The notes under the pieces are model-generated. The model saw nothing but the letters and a program-made list of their open reading frames with translations. It did no database searches and was not told the DNA's origin. A stretch of DNA of 62,812 nucleotides, the filler included, from Rhabdomonas costata (lineage: Eukaryota): NCBI GenBank assembly GCA_019059605.1. It is 41 parts of 41 records of this genome, joined end to end, with 100 filler letters (N's around TTAATTAATTAA, not from the genome) between each part and the next. Parts side by side here need not be neighbours in the genome. Positions count along the whole stretch, not along the records: positions 49,112 to 50,545 come from JAHMHO010016063.1; positions 50,646 to 52,077 come from JAHMHO010016064.1; positions 52,178 to 53,611 come from JAHMHO010016065.1; positions 53,712 to 55,145 come from JAHMHO010016066.1; positions 55,246 to 56,679 come from JAHMHO010016067.1; positions 56,780 to 58,211 come from JAHMHO010016068.1; positions 58,312 to 59,745 come from JAHMHO010016069.1; positions 59,846 to 61,279 come from JAHMHO010016070.1; 33 more parts are not named here. The stretch is one strand, 5' to 3'. Numbering within the stretch: the stretch's first letter is position 1; the number at the start of each line of letters is the position of its first letter. A program made the position numbers and the translations under genes. Shown here in pieces: positions 49,207 to 61,149 of the stretch.

Positions 49207-49735
49207 GTGGTGTGGCTTTTTTTCTGTGTGGTTTCTATGCCAGGGTTTTGTTGCGATGCATGGTGGTTGTTTTTGAAAACGATTGTTATTATTTAATTTG
49301 CGCATCAAGATTTGCAATTCCCAGGGTTACCAGTTGTGGAGGGTTTGGATCCCGTGAACGTTCACAAGCAGAAAGATATCGCACCTCTAGCAGCGTCTGC
49401 TGTGTCAGAACAGCGGAGCTGAACTGCAGCTGAGCATCCGTAGTTCTCCACCCTGCGCACACATCCACACATCAATCGTTTTTACTCCGAGGAGCACCCT
49501 CGAAATCGGCCCTCGAACACCTGTTGCGATGAACTTGGTCAAGAAAAAATCGGTGTAAAACAACTCCGAAGTATGCCCCCTTCCACGTTATTTACGTTCG
49601 TTGTTCAGCTAATTTTTAGGCCCGCACACACACGCACACACACATCTCCTCCGCTCAGTCTTGTTACATGCGGACTTGCTTAATTTATTTTGGGGGGGGG
49701 TCGGAAAAGTAACAGCACAAACCTCTCTGGGTCAC

Positions 49736-50323
49736 CCCAGTGGCCCCCAGAGCGCGCTCCAGTCCTGCGTTCTCCTTCGCCGCGGCGCAGGACCAGTAGG
49801 ACAGCAGCAGCCGAGCCAGCGTGGGGTGGCTGACGGACTGCGAGAAGAACGCAATCACCGCCAGGATGTCGCTATCCACCTGGCTGTAGAACGCCAGGGC
49901 GTCTGGCGCGGAAGCCTACCAGGAAAAAAGAAAAACTCGAAAACAGAGTGAAAGCACAAAGAGAAATGTAAAAAACGGGCACGCTTGAACTGCGAACAAA
50001 GGGAGCCGAGACCTCCCCAACAAGCAGAAAAGTTCTAAGAGAGAATTTCACGGAGACTTTCCGTCACGCTACGAAGGAAAACCAGGAATGCAGAACTGTG
50101 GGAAGTGATTCCATTGATGAGGTCATTTATCATACACATACACTGTGTTCGAGATAGGCCCTGTTTCGCATACCTGCAATCCACCGCGGGAAGGGTGGTA
50201 CAGTTGAACAAAAGTGAATATCTGGGGAAGCAGAGACACACGCAGAGCTTCCGCGTCCACACAGATCCGCCATATCGGCACCTGTCGGAATCGGAGACTG
50301 TCTTCAAGGGTGTCGATTAACAG
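49736..50323 (-). CDS. Two exons of a hypothetical helical protein
   Basis: Phase-0 exons 50323-50174 and 49915-49736 with GT-AG boundaries. Peptide LLIDTLEDSLRFRQVPIWRICV...GGLQ|ASAPDALAFYSQVDSDILAVIAFFSQ... Confidence 0.6.
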
Positions 50324-50645
50324 CTAAGAATTATCCAAAACTAAAACTAATGCAACACCGCTGCTTCACAGCGATGCCACTTAGAAGAGGTATCATAAAC
50401 ACACGTTGAACACCAGCTTAGACCACAACTTTAAGTATCAGAAGAAACGCAAGAAGCGAATTCCACACGAAGGTCAGCTCCGCAGCGCGAACCCAACCCC
50501 TTCGCAAGTGAGATATTGAGACATCTAACCAAAAAACAAAAACAANNNNNNNNNNNNNNNNNNNNNNNNNNNNNNNNNNNNNNNNNNNNTTAATTAATTA
50601 ANNNNNNNNNNNNNNNNNNNNNNNNNNNNNNNNNNNNNNNNNNNN

Positions 50646-50880
50646 GCGGCCCGTGTACCTGGGCAGGGCGGGAGGGGTGTATGCGCAGTGCCGGGCGATG
50701 CTGGCGCAGTGGTTGAGAGAGGTTGCGGTGAACGCACTGGGGGGCGTTGGGGTGGATATCGGGGAGTCCAAGGTGTTGTCCGGGTTGGCATGGCACGCCA
50801 TGGAGTTGATCGATCGTGCCTTCTGCAGTGCGGTGCTGAACCAGCCTTCGCGGCAGCAGGATTTTCAGCTCGTGGCGATG
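50646..50880 (+). CDS. Cyclin N-terminal box exon (divergent cyclin)
   Basis: YL...CRAMLAQWLREV...AWHAMELIDR...QDFQLVAM matches the cyclin box MRxxLxxWLxEV...AxxxxDR...LQLVG, with a short insertion. Donor atg|gtagtt. Confidence 0.85.
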
Positions 50881-52389
50881 GTAGTTGTTTTTTTCTCTTT
50901 CCTCCACTCCTTTTCTTTTGTGTCTTCAAGGGCAATGCCTCTTTTCCGGCTTTGCCTTTCAGGATCCACCATCTCAGAACGCACAGCTCATGGGCTAATC
51001 TTAAGTAACGAGTCCTTGCTGAAGTTCGGAATGTGCTCGCGCCTTGTGCAGGCCGACGACTTCCACTTTCCCAAACATAAGCGGCACATGAAGTAGCCGT
51101 GCCCCTGTGTGAAGTGTGTACAAATTCATGCACATATATATACAACGTGAGAAGGGCAGATGCAGCAGATGCACAAGTCGACAAGAACATCAGATCAGAG
51201 GTGGGGGGTTATTCACAACATTCAGACGCCCAGATGCATCAGATTTTCTATCCGGTCACTTCAGTGATAACGAACGCTTTTCCAGATTAAAACAGAACTC
51301 CTGTCACTTGCTTGTATAAATTATGTTGTGTTGTATTGTGTTGCAACCGGAACCTTGCTACTTTGTTTGGTGCCAGCAATTTAATCTTGCTGCACTGCAG
51401 TGTTTTTGCCTGCGTGACGATTGCGAATACATGCCGCAAACAAAGAAGAAACCGAGGCAGAACTGTGAAATCACACTAACGACGCAGAACTTGGTTTCAT
51501 CAAGGACTTCGCACGAGATTTGGGTGGGGTTTAAACATGTCAGTAGGGAGTGTGAAAACTTGTCACTCTGGAGTTGGTCGAAACAAGAGGATCACACAAA
51601 CGCTCCGACCAATTCAAATTACGCTCAACCAAGAAAGCTGGTGTCAAAGCCTGCACAACCCGCTTTCCCCGAAGCCGCTTCCAGAAGATATTGTGGTTGC
51701 ACGGCGGCGCTGTAGGGAGCTGGCCCGTACTCTCGAGCAACCCCAGGGGAGATCGAGATAGATGCTCTGATGGGGTGCTGCCTATCACAACGGCGACTGT
51801 CGTTTTCCCTGCGCCCTGAAGGGAATCCGGAAGTACAGGAATACCATGGCCTGAGGGTGGCTGGCCGGGCCGAGGAAGGGGAGTGAAAGCGTCTCGGACA
51901 GTCACCTTCACTGCTACACCTTCGCCGGGAACTGGTGGCATCAACTGCATGGACGGTGCAAAGGTTGGGCCGAGGATGCGCTGGGGATGATGGCCCAGCG
52001 CCACCGGAATGGCAGTGATGGGGTTCACGGGACTGAAAGCTTGATGGGAGACCAGTGGTATGGGTGTGCCACAACCCNNNNNNNNNNNNNNNNNNNNNNN
52101 NNNNNNNNNNNNNNNNNNNNNTTAATTAATTAANNNNNNNNNNNNNNNNNNNNNNNNNNNNNNNNNNNNNNNNNNNNGCTACCTTTGTCCTACCTTTTTT
52201 TTCTTCTGAGAGCGCGCATCGTGGAAAGCAGACATTAGGCATAGTTACGGCCGCACCTCTTATGCATAGGAAGAGCAATACAAGCTGCCGCCTTCGTATT
52301 TTCTTCACGGCGTACCCTTAGACAGTTGTGTTGTCTTTACTTGCAGTTCTCTCCAGGCGTTCCGGGATTCGTTTCTTGGCATCACACAG

Positions 52390-53400
52390 GTGAGAGGGGT
52401 GGCCTTCGCAGAAGGCGTGCCCTATGTCTTCACTCAGTCCGACGACCGCACTGTTCGGGTATGGCCAATGAGGGGCGGGTCTGCTGTGGCAGAGCTGCGA
52501 GGGCATAGCGACAACGTCAGCTGTGTGGACCTTGGTGGAGGGGAAGCCGCTTTGGTTGTGACAGGATCTTATGATCGCTCTGCGCGAGTTTGGGACTTCA
52601 CCACGGGCCAAGAGCTGCATGCTTTACCGCATAATGCATGGGTTTGTTCCGTGCAGCTCAGTCCGGACAGCACGAAGGTACATGTTGCTTGTGTACCTGT
52701 TATTGTTTTTCTTTCAATCTGTCTTGTTGCTGACCTTCGATGTGCTGTGATGTGAAGAAATGTCGAAGTTCATTTTTTTTGTTAGTTTATTTCCAAACAG
52801 GTGGAGTACACAGATAAAGGAGTGCCGTTTATTTTCACTGCGCTTTGAGCATTGGGCACCGTCGACGACTCCATGAGGGAAATGCTGGGAGCCACGCTTT
52901 GTAGACCTTTGCAGTGTCCAGATCCCTGTCAAAAGGCCAAAAGTGATGGTCAAAAACGTGGTTTTTATCACCAGAAAAAGACGGAAATGCTTGCGGGTTC
53001 GCCTCGTCTCGCATCTGTGGCAGGAGGCTTTGTCCTTTCCTGTTCCAGTTTTGTTGCGTGCAGTTGAGGTCTACATTGGTGTTTCGCTTCCGGTCAGGTT
53101 ATTTCGGGGAGCTATGACGGCACCGCCGCACTGTGGGATCTCCGCTCGGGGCAGCGCGAGGTGACGCTCCGCGGGCACACAGATTGGGTGACTCAGGCGG
53201 TGCTCGCGGACCCGTTAGGGCGGCGAGCGGTCACCGCGAGCTGGGACCACACCCTCAAGCTATGGGATTTGCGTCAGGGCACAGTGCTGACGACCTTTCG
53301 GGGCCACACCGATAGGGTAGCGTGCTGTGCAGTGAGCGGTGAGGTAGTGGCGAGCGGGGACTGTCACGGTTCCATTCAGACATGGCTTTTGCCACCGTGA
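52390..53400 (+). CDS. WD40 repeat protein, last two exons
   Basis: Exons 52390-52677 and 53098-53400 (stop TGA), with a phase-0 GT-AG intron. Repeated GH...S/T-x-S-x-D-x-T-x-x-x-WD motifs. Confidence 0.95.
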
Positions 53401-54145
53401 TGTGCTTAGGAGGCTGCGTGTGAAGAACTTCGGAAGAAAAGGGAGAAACTCGCGAAGGAACCGTTGGGCAGAGGTCTCCCGCAAGCCTCATCGTCAGTGA
53501 AGGCGGAGGATTCCAGCATGCCCTCTTCTTCCGCTGACGGCTGACGGATGCCACTCCCCCACCGTTCGATTAGTCTCAATTACTTCGATAGCTTCCAGCC
53601 CCCACCCTCCTNNNNNNNNNNNNNNNNNNNNNNNNNNNNNNNNNNNNNNNNNNNNTTAATTAATTAANNNNNNNNNNNNNNNNNNNNNNNNNNNNNNNNN
53701 NNNNNNNNNNNGTTTGTGGGGAGGGTTCCCCGAGCGCAGTATTTCGGAGTGGGGCCCGCGGTTTATGGCGGTGGTTGCCGGGCAAGTGCCTGATTGGGTC
53801 TCGCCAACTTTTGAACAAGCAGAATTTTATGGATTGGAGGCGGTATGATCAACAATCAAAAAAGGTCACCGCGTTTCGACGTTGGTATGGTCTCGATCTG
53901 AGTCCTATCTCCGCCCTTCCCGCACGAAGGTCAGGTCCCCTCCCCTCCCCGCGGAAATGGGGTTTCCGATGGGGTTATCTTTGGATCTGGCCAAAGATCA
54001 CCCTTTGCAACGAACACGTTGGGGCCCGGCGCTGCCGGCGACGCCGTCTACAACACAAATTATTTTCGGCCGAATACCCGATCTCAAGCAACAGCATCCG
54101 TTTCAAGAAAGGCCCCCAAGTTCCGCCAGCTCTGTCGCTGCTGTT

Positions 54146-54188
54146 TCTTCATCTTCTTCATCTTCTTCATCTTCTTCATCTTCTTCAT
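54146..54188. repeat. 9-bp tandem repeat (CTTCTTCAT)n
   Basis: About five visible copies, reading EEDEEDEED on the minus strand. Confidence 0.85.
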
Positions 54189-55245
54189 TCCGGCCAACGC
54201 GTTTTTCAATTTTTGGCCTACGCACAACTTGTCCCCACTGCCTGTTAGTAGGTCTGTACGGTTCATGGAAGCGGAATGTACCCCAACGGTTTACCACCAA
54301 GGAAACATCCCCCGCCGAACGTTCCGAAAAAATACAATCACAATCCCACAGTCTAAAAGATACGGTGTGGTCTCCATGATTCAAACGGCGACGGCGACGC
54401 AGCGAAACAGTAACGACCGAATCCATGAACGAGGAAACCGAAAATGCAGAAATTCGATCAATCAAATGTTACCGCGGGAAAACTTTTGGACTGTATGTTT
54501 GGTTTTGCGCTCAACCAGGTCTTGGTAACACGGAACGTCCCAAAGAAACTCGATCATTTGCATTGCACCTTGAGGCCCTAAGCGGGGCGGCAAATTTCAA
54601 GAGAAAGAGTCGCCAAACGGAGTCTACCATGCGCTGATTTTTAAAGTTGTAACTTCCAGTAGGGTTGGTCCATTATACCGTCTTAGCAAACAGCCAAAGG
54701 TCCGTGGTGTCACACTCCAACGATACTCCGGGAACACTTACGCGGCTCCTACCTCTGGATGTGGTGATGCCTATGGATCCTGCTCGCATTGAACTGTATC
54801 CCGACGTTGCTTGCACAAGGTGGGCGCTGCCTCGACTTACATAGGTGACTCGCACCTAGACCTTGGCTTCCCTTCTTCACTTCCCGGGGGTCGCCTTTCT
54901 TGTGTCGCCTTTCTGAAATGGGGGAGCGCTGACCACTTGCCTTCACCAAGCCGGTTTGGAATCTGCAAAACTTTTGGGGCTGCAAATGAAGGGCCCCCCC
55001 CAAAAAAAAACAGCAGCTCTACCCCTCTTAAAAAGACAGGTACACACAGCATTCGATTGACTCGATTGAGTAAAGGTCCATGATGCCCTTGCCTAACAAC
55101 ATTCACCATTACAGAGAACGCTTCGTTCTTCAACAACGCCGGTCANNNNNNNNNNNNNNNNNNNNNNNNNNNNNNNNNNNNNNNNNNNNTTAATTAATTA
55201 ANNNNNNNNNNNNNNNNNNNNNNNNNNNNNNNNNNNNNNNNNNNN

Positions 55246-55612
55246 ACAGAGGGTGACAACATTCCAGCCCGGGAAGAGACCGCCCGGCCTCTACGGGTTT
55301 CACAGTGACATCGGAGGGTTCCCACGCCGGAGCACAGTTCTCCTTACCCACAGCTCCCAGTGATGCACGGCCGATCAGGCCAGACAGCCTTCCAGGACGA
55401 GGGGAGCGGTTCTCGGTCAGCACCCGCTCTGCGGTGGGGCGTGGGCTTCCTACCGCCGAAGCAGAAGGGAGGCGCGGGGAGTACACCGTGAGCGAGGGTC
55501 GCGGAGAGAGCGAGGTGGAGCCATACGTGGCAGTCGGGACACAAATTGCAGTGCTTTCCCGGGCCAAGCTGAATAATGAGCCGACAAACTCAAAGCTCGG
55601 CTGAGACATTCT
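55246..55612 (-). CDS. Ser/Pro-rich exon with a KEN box (KENCAP), hypothetical cell-cycle-type protein
   Basis: Polypyrimidine acceptor ccgcag|aga atg, several SPR motifs and a KENxxP degron-like motif. Confidence 0.5.
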
Positions 55613-57283
55613 CTGCGGTTGAGAGAAGAAGCTTCGGAGGAGAATCAACACGCACTCGCGTTGCTCGCAAAGAGGCACTGAAACCTCACATTCTGCGCAA
55701 TTCACCATAATTAGTCTTGGGGCTGAGGCATGTTCCTTTTGGAGCATCAACCGACATGAAATGGAGAGTGGCATTTGAATGCGATTTCAAATGCATGAGT
55801 GTGCCATCTACAAAAAGCATTTCCACGAAATGGTGCGCACATATGCACACTGATCTCTTCCAAGAGTTTGGGCATCACGAATACGCATTGAAAACGCCCC
55901 AAAAGTTTTACATGCCGCAGTATCCTATCTATCCCCCGCATGCCGCTCCTGCACAGCGTCCGGAACGCGCACGATTTGGGGAACTTGAATTGAAGTCCAA
56001 CCACAAGGAAGATTGATGTGAAGTGCTTTACAACAGAAAGATTCGCCCGCGGAACGGGCGGGTGCCTATGAGAAGGCTCCACAGGTGCATGTCCCGACGC
56101 AAGTGCACATAAAGAAGGCGCCTCCGGAATCCGTCCCGCCCTTGGTGGCAGCGCTGTCCGAACCTACGCCGCTATCACTGGGTCCGAGTGCCTCCGACGA
56201 GCCAGACGAAGAAGCTGGAGGTGCTGGAGGTTCCCCACTTACCCCTGACTCATCCTGTGGAGAAACAGACGGACTACTGCTTACTTGATAAAAGCATGGG
56301 CATTCAAGAAGAACAGAATCAGAAAGAAAACCTTGGCAGTTTTTTTTTCTGGTGGAACCAAACGATGCCGATCTGCAACATACAAACTTCAGGTACCTAC
56401 GTAACACATGCAGAGGTCGACAAAAACCAAGTAAAACCAGGCTCGGACCTGCAAATCCTGCAGCTGGCGCTTCACGGCAGAAAGTCGAGCGGACACCTGA
56501 CTGATGAGGCTCCCCTAAAACGAACAAAGAAGAGAAAGGAGCTCAAAGATTCCCACAAATAACCCGCCAAAACACTCTGGAAGGTAATGTCAGGAGAGTG
56601 TCATGCATTTGTGTGCCTTCTGAAGGATGCAATTAGCGGTCACCCCGCCCAAGCGAGGCGGCCTGGTCCACCCCCCACCNNNNNNNNNNNNNNNNNNNNN
56701 NNNNNNNNNNNNNNNNNNNNNNNTTAATTAATTAANNNNNNNNNNNNNNNNNNNNNNNNNNNNNNNNNNNNNNNNNNNNGGTGGGTGTGATCCGGTATGG
56801 CCCATGGCTGCGGGCATATCTGCACCCCCACGCCCCACTTGAGCAGGGCGGGATTCCCCAAGACCAAGCAACGCTTCAGGCCAAAGCTGGACAATTCGTT
56901 CGCTAATTAGGCCGCAGATATGCCCGCAGCCATGGGCCATACCGGATTACACACAACAAACACAGTGCACGGCGAGCAGCTTCATGAGTTCAAATCAAGT
57001 CCGAGGTGTGGTGGCTCGCTGTGGGGGTGGTGCGACCAATCGATCATATCGCGGTTTACACCGAGGATTCTCGCGCCGCCCCAGAAAAGGAATACCGACT
57101 GCAAAAGGGGGAAGAGCTGCGATGGGAAGTTTATCAAAAGGAAGCGAGTACAGCCCCGAAGAGCTCAGAAGCCCACGGTCATGTCAGAGTGCCGAGTGAA
57201 ATATGTATGCGACCAAAGCAGCTCACCATGTACAGTGATGAAGAAGCTGAGAAGGTGCGAAAGCACCACGGCCTTTCGCGAAC

Positions 57284-57561
57284 CTGAGGCCCCCTGTGAC
57301 AAAGTAGGAGTACTGCCACACCGCCTCCGCAACCACCACGGGGGCCTCCCGAGGGATCCCATGGAAGACATCCAGCCCCATCCGCTGGGAGTCAATGAAG
57401 CCATGGCCCTTCTTCCGGTCCAAGGGATGGGCCCGAATCAGCTCCGCGCCCAGGGCCTGGAACACGGCCGTCAACTTGTCCTCCAGGCCACACTGCGCGG
57501 CCCAGCAGTTAACGTTGGCGGGCAGCCGGGAGTCCCCACTGGCAACCAAATAGCACTTCAT
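57284..57561 (-). CDS. Bacterial-type fucose-isomerase-like protein, first exon
   Basis: MKCYLVASGDSRLPANVNCWAAQ...LIRAHPLDRKKGHGFIDSQRMGLDVFHGIPREAPVVVAEAVWQYS matches the N-terminus of a bacterial family usually annotated as fucose isomerase (ASGDxRxxAN, RAHP, HGFIxSQ, VAEAVWQYS). Donor ag|gttcgc. Confidence 0.82.
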
Positions 57562-60550
57562 CGCTTCTTTGTCTTTTTCTTTTCTTTTCGGAACGCGCAA
57601 AGCTGTCCCTTCGCGATCGAAAACCTGAGAAATCTAGCGAATCGATAAAAAACGAAAACAATTTTTGCTGCAGCAGAAGGGGCAACAGAACGGACCGGCC
57701 TGAAAAGCGAGGGAGAGGTTGTTGGTGAAACATGGGTCACCTTATCGCATGGCACTGGACGGACAAATTATGACTTTCTAAAGGTCAATCGGGTGATGCG
57801 TCCCTCCGTGTAGATTTCAACTGATTTTGCCATTGTCGAGTGCACCCAAACAAACGCAAGCACAAATTCTCTCTGTCGTTGTAGTACGCGCCTTGTTCGC
57901 TCCTTTCAGCCGTGCGAAGGCTTGCGCATCCTGGACATGGGATCATCAGGGGGGACTCTTATCTTTGGATTGGATATCTTTTGCTGATCGCACCGGACAT
58001 TCTCCGCTTCAGCGCGCTTTTTCAGACGTTTTTAAAACTCACCAAGATTCTCCTTTCCAGCCCTCACGATCCACTTCTGGACAATAGCTCCCATCGCTGC
58101 AGCGGAGTTTGAGAGGTAGTGGTGAGACTTTTGGCTTGTGATGAGATGGCTCTAACTTGAACACCCTGGCAGCCAGTGACACCGCTATGTCCGTCCACAA
58201 ACCCCAAAACCNNNNNNNNNNNNNNNNNNNNNNNNNNNNNNNNNNNNNNNNNNNNTTAATTAATTAANNNNNNNNNNNNNNNNNNNNNNNNNNNNNNNNN
58301 NNNNNNNNNNNGGGTTTTGGGTCAAATTTGATTTGATTTGATGATTGAAATTTGATTTGGGGCCTCTTTGGGATTTCACAAGCGAGCAAGGGAAGGTGAT
58401 GGTGCAATAAGGAATTTCAGGGGGAGCGCTATGTCTCAGGGTCAAAAAGAGCCCTCGCGCAAGGAGTGCCAGAAAGTTTTGGAATTTATTCGTCATTTTG
58501 TTATGGAGAGGACCCTTCTTAAATTAAGCTCTTTCATAATAGTGACCGGGTTCGAGTTGTTTGTTGATCATAAAGGCGGACACAGAGCTAGCGTAATTTC
58601 TCGTGGTGCCTCGCGTGCGTGCCCGGAGTCTGCTGGCTGCTATGACCATACGCTTGCTGATTATTAGTATTGCGTTTGGTTAAACGTTACGTTGGGGGGG
58701 GGGCACTCGCACAGGATACCCCCCCCTTCAGCGAAATAACACCATTCAGTGGGAATCGATAATATACGTAACACCCTTGCACTAAAACAGCTTAACAAAA
58801 AGCAACAAGAAAATAGTTTCTTTAACAATGTTAAACGTCAATTTTTCCCCCAAAGTGGCGTACCCATCATTGGGGTCTCCCACCGGGTCGCTCTTTATTT
58901 TTGTTTTCGCCAGTGCTGAGCATGGGGCGAGAGTACCCCAGCCGAGCACGGCACCATTTACACAGGGAGAGTTAGGGGGTGCCAGAAGCAGGGTAACAGC
59001 CTGCAAAGCACTGGACTTCTTCCAGCCAGCTTTCGAGAAGGGGAGGAAACCCGTCCGAAGACGGTCTCTTTGTCCTGGTCCACGCAAAGTCAGGGGGCTG
59101 GAGGGAGTATCACTCCACGCCCACGTAAATTGTCAAAAGTCAAATTTAGCATGACCACGCTATGGCATGTCCCCGCCAGAATCCCGCGATACCGCGTGTG
59201 TGCGCGTGTGATAGGAGAGAGGGATTCCGCACCGCTCCGCAAGGTCCTTGAAGCACAGCGCAGGTGCGTTCCCCGAGAGAACGGGGGATTGCACGGTGGC
59301 CATCACCAACCTCTCTTTATATTTCCCACTTTCAAAGATGGCAGAAAATCGACTGCTGAAAATTGGTACACCCTTCAAACAAGACACCAGCCCGCGGTGC
59401 GCACAGAAAAAGAGTTCGCCATTCTCTGATTTTCTGGGCATCTCCAGTTCCTGAGAAGTTACCTTTGCCTCAATAACAAATTGCATACAAAATTATACTT
59501 AACATTTTTTGCGTTAAGCGCAAAAGCGCAAAATCACTTTTCCTGTAACTCTTCAGTTCTTCTCCGATACGCTAGGGGAACAATCCAACACAAAAACTTG
59601 GGAAGTAATCCAAAAATATTTCTCGCCGAATGGACTGTGGAAGGCGAGGTGATGCTTCCGTGGCGATGGAGCTCATTTTTTCCACATGTGTTGGTATGTA
59701 CCCGGGTGACGTGGAACGGCCGTTGGAAAAAATGAGCTCCACCACNNNNNNNNNNNNNNNNNNNNNNNNNNNNNNNNNNNNNNNNNNNNTTAATTAATTA
59801 ANNNNNNNNNNNNNNNNNNNNNNNNNNNNNNNNNNNNNNNNNNNNTTGTGGGTGTGTTTGGGGGGTGGGGTGTAGAGCCCGTGATACCCAAACACACTGG
59901 CTGAAGTTTTGGGCGTGAGTGTGAGAGGGAAGGTGTTTGTGTGAGTGAGGGTTTATCGTGGCACTAGGCCGAGACTTCTTTTTCGGGGTGGGGTGGGGGC
60001 GCTATTCAAGTCTTCAGTTGAGAATCCTGAACACGGAGTACTGAAAGCAAAGGCCCAAGACATGCACGAGCAAGGGTCGGCGAGACCGGATTAATCTGGA
60101 GCAGGTCATCGCCGCGGCCCAGAGACAAACGACTGAGCCTCTTGGGGGGTCCCCAGCAAGCCTCCTGCCTGGCGATGTATTTGTTTCCCTCTAATTTTGT
60201 GTTATTGCGAGGTTTTTTCCCGGTCCAAATTTCGCTAAGTAGCGTTCTTCGCTAATCAAGGGATTGGCTAGTCCAGGCGGTGATGCACACTGAGCCCCAT
60301 GAAAAAAAGCGGTGCCTGTCTGTCAACCGATGGGGTGAGCAGACAAGCTAAACGGGGAAATTCGCACGCCAAAAACTTCAGCCATACAACGCAAGGCTTC
60401 TTGCGGCCAGGGTGCGACAACCCACTTTCTTCCTCGGATTGTCAAGTCGAGTCCAGAAGGTCATCCCTACGGTTCACAGCTGGTAACTCCTTTGGGCAGA
60501 CGAAGGAACCCCCTCCACCATCCACCATATGTCGCCCCCCCCTCCGTCAC

Positions 60551-61149
60551 CTCGCACATGTCGGTGTGGCTGAGCTTGAACAGGTTTTTCGCGGTGGCGT
60601 ATTCCTCGACCAGGGGCTGCAGGGTGTGGTGGAAGTGCAGCGGCCCGTTGGTGCCCAGGGAGACCTATACAGGAGGGGGCGACGGGAGAGGATTTGATGC
60701 CCTTCATCAATACCTTGAATCAAAACCCAAAAGGTTTGATCGTGTTGGTGCTTTCTGTTCACGTCCTCTATCAGCCAACCACGGTGAGAGATAAAACGAA
60801 AGCAAAGAGGCGGAGCAAGCGAGGCACAACCTCAAAACCTCAGGCTATGATGGAACGCCATGAAACCTACCTTCGGGCTTCGCCCAACGTGAAGAGGAGG
60901 CCCCCCCCATTCCAGCCCTCCTCCGGATGAATCTAGTGTGCAGATGAATCTCGGTCGCTCTTGGGAACCATGTGCAAAGCAGAGAGGGGGAGAAGGTTAT
61001 AAATGCATGCCTTGAGCCCCAGCTTAAGAAACTTCTTGAAGGGGTGCTCGATGTACGGTCTCTCCATCCCGTTGTTGGAGAGTGGGGTCATGCAGATCCC
61101 GATCTGCGCCAGGTAGTACAGGTACTGGAGCGTCGGAAACTTCTCCATT
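60551..61149 (-). CDS. AMP deaminase-like protein with a degenerate active site, partial
   Basis: Exons 61149-61011 and 60664-60551. They give MEKFPTLQYLYYLAQIGICMTPLSNN...HPFKKFLKLGLK|VSLGTNGPLHFHHTLQPLVEEYATAKNLFKLSHTDMCE. Confidence 0.92.
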
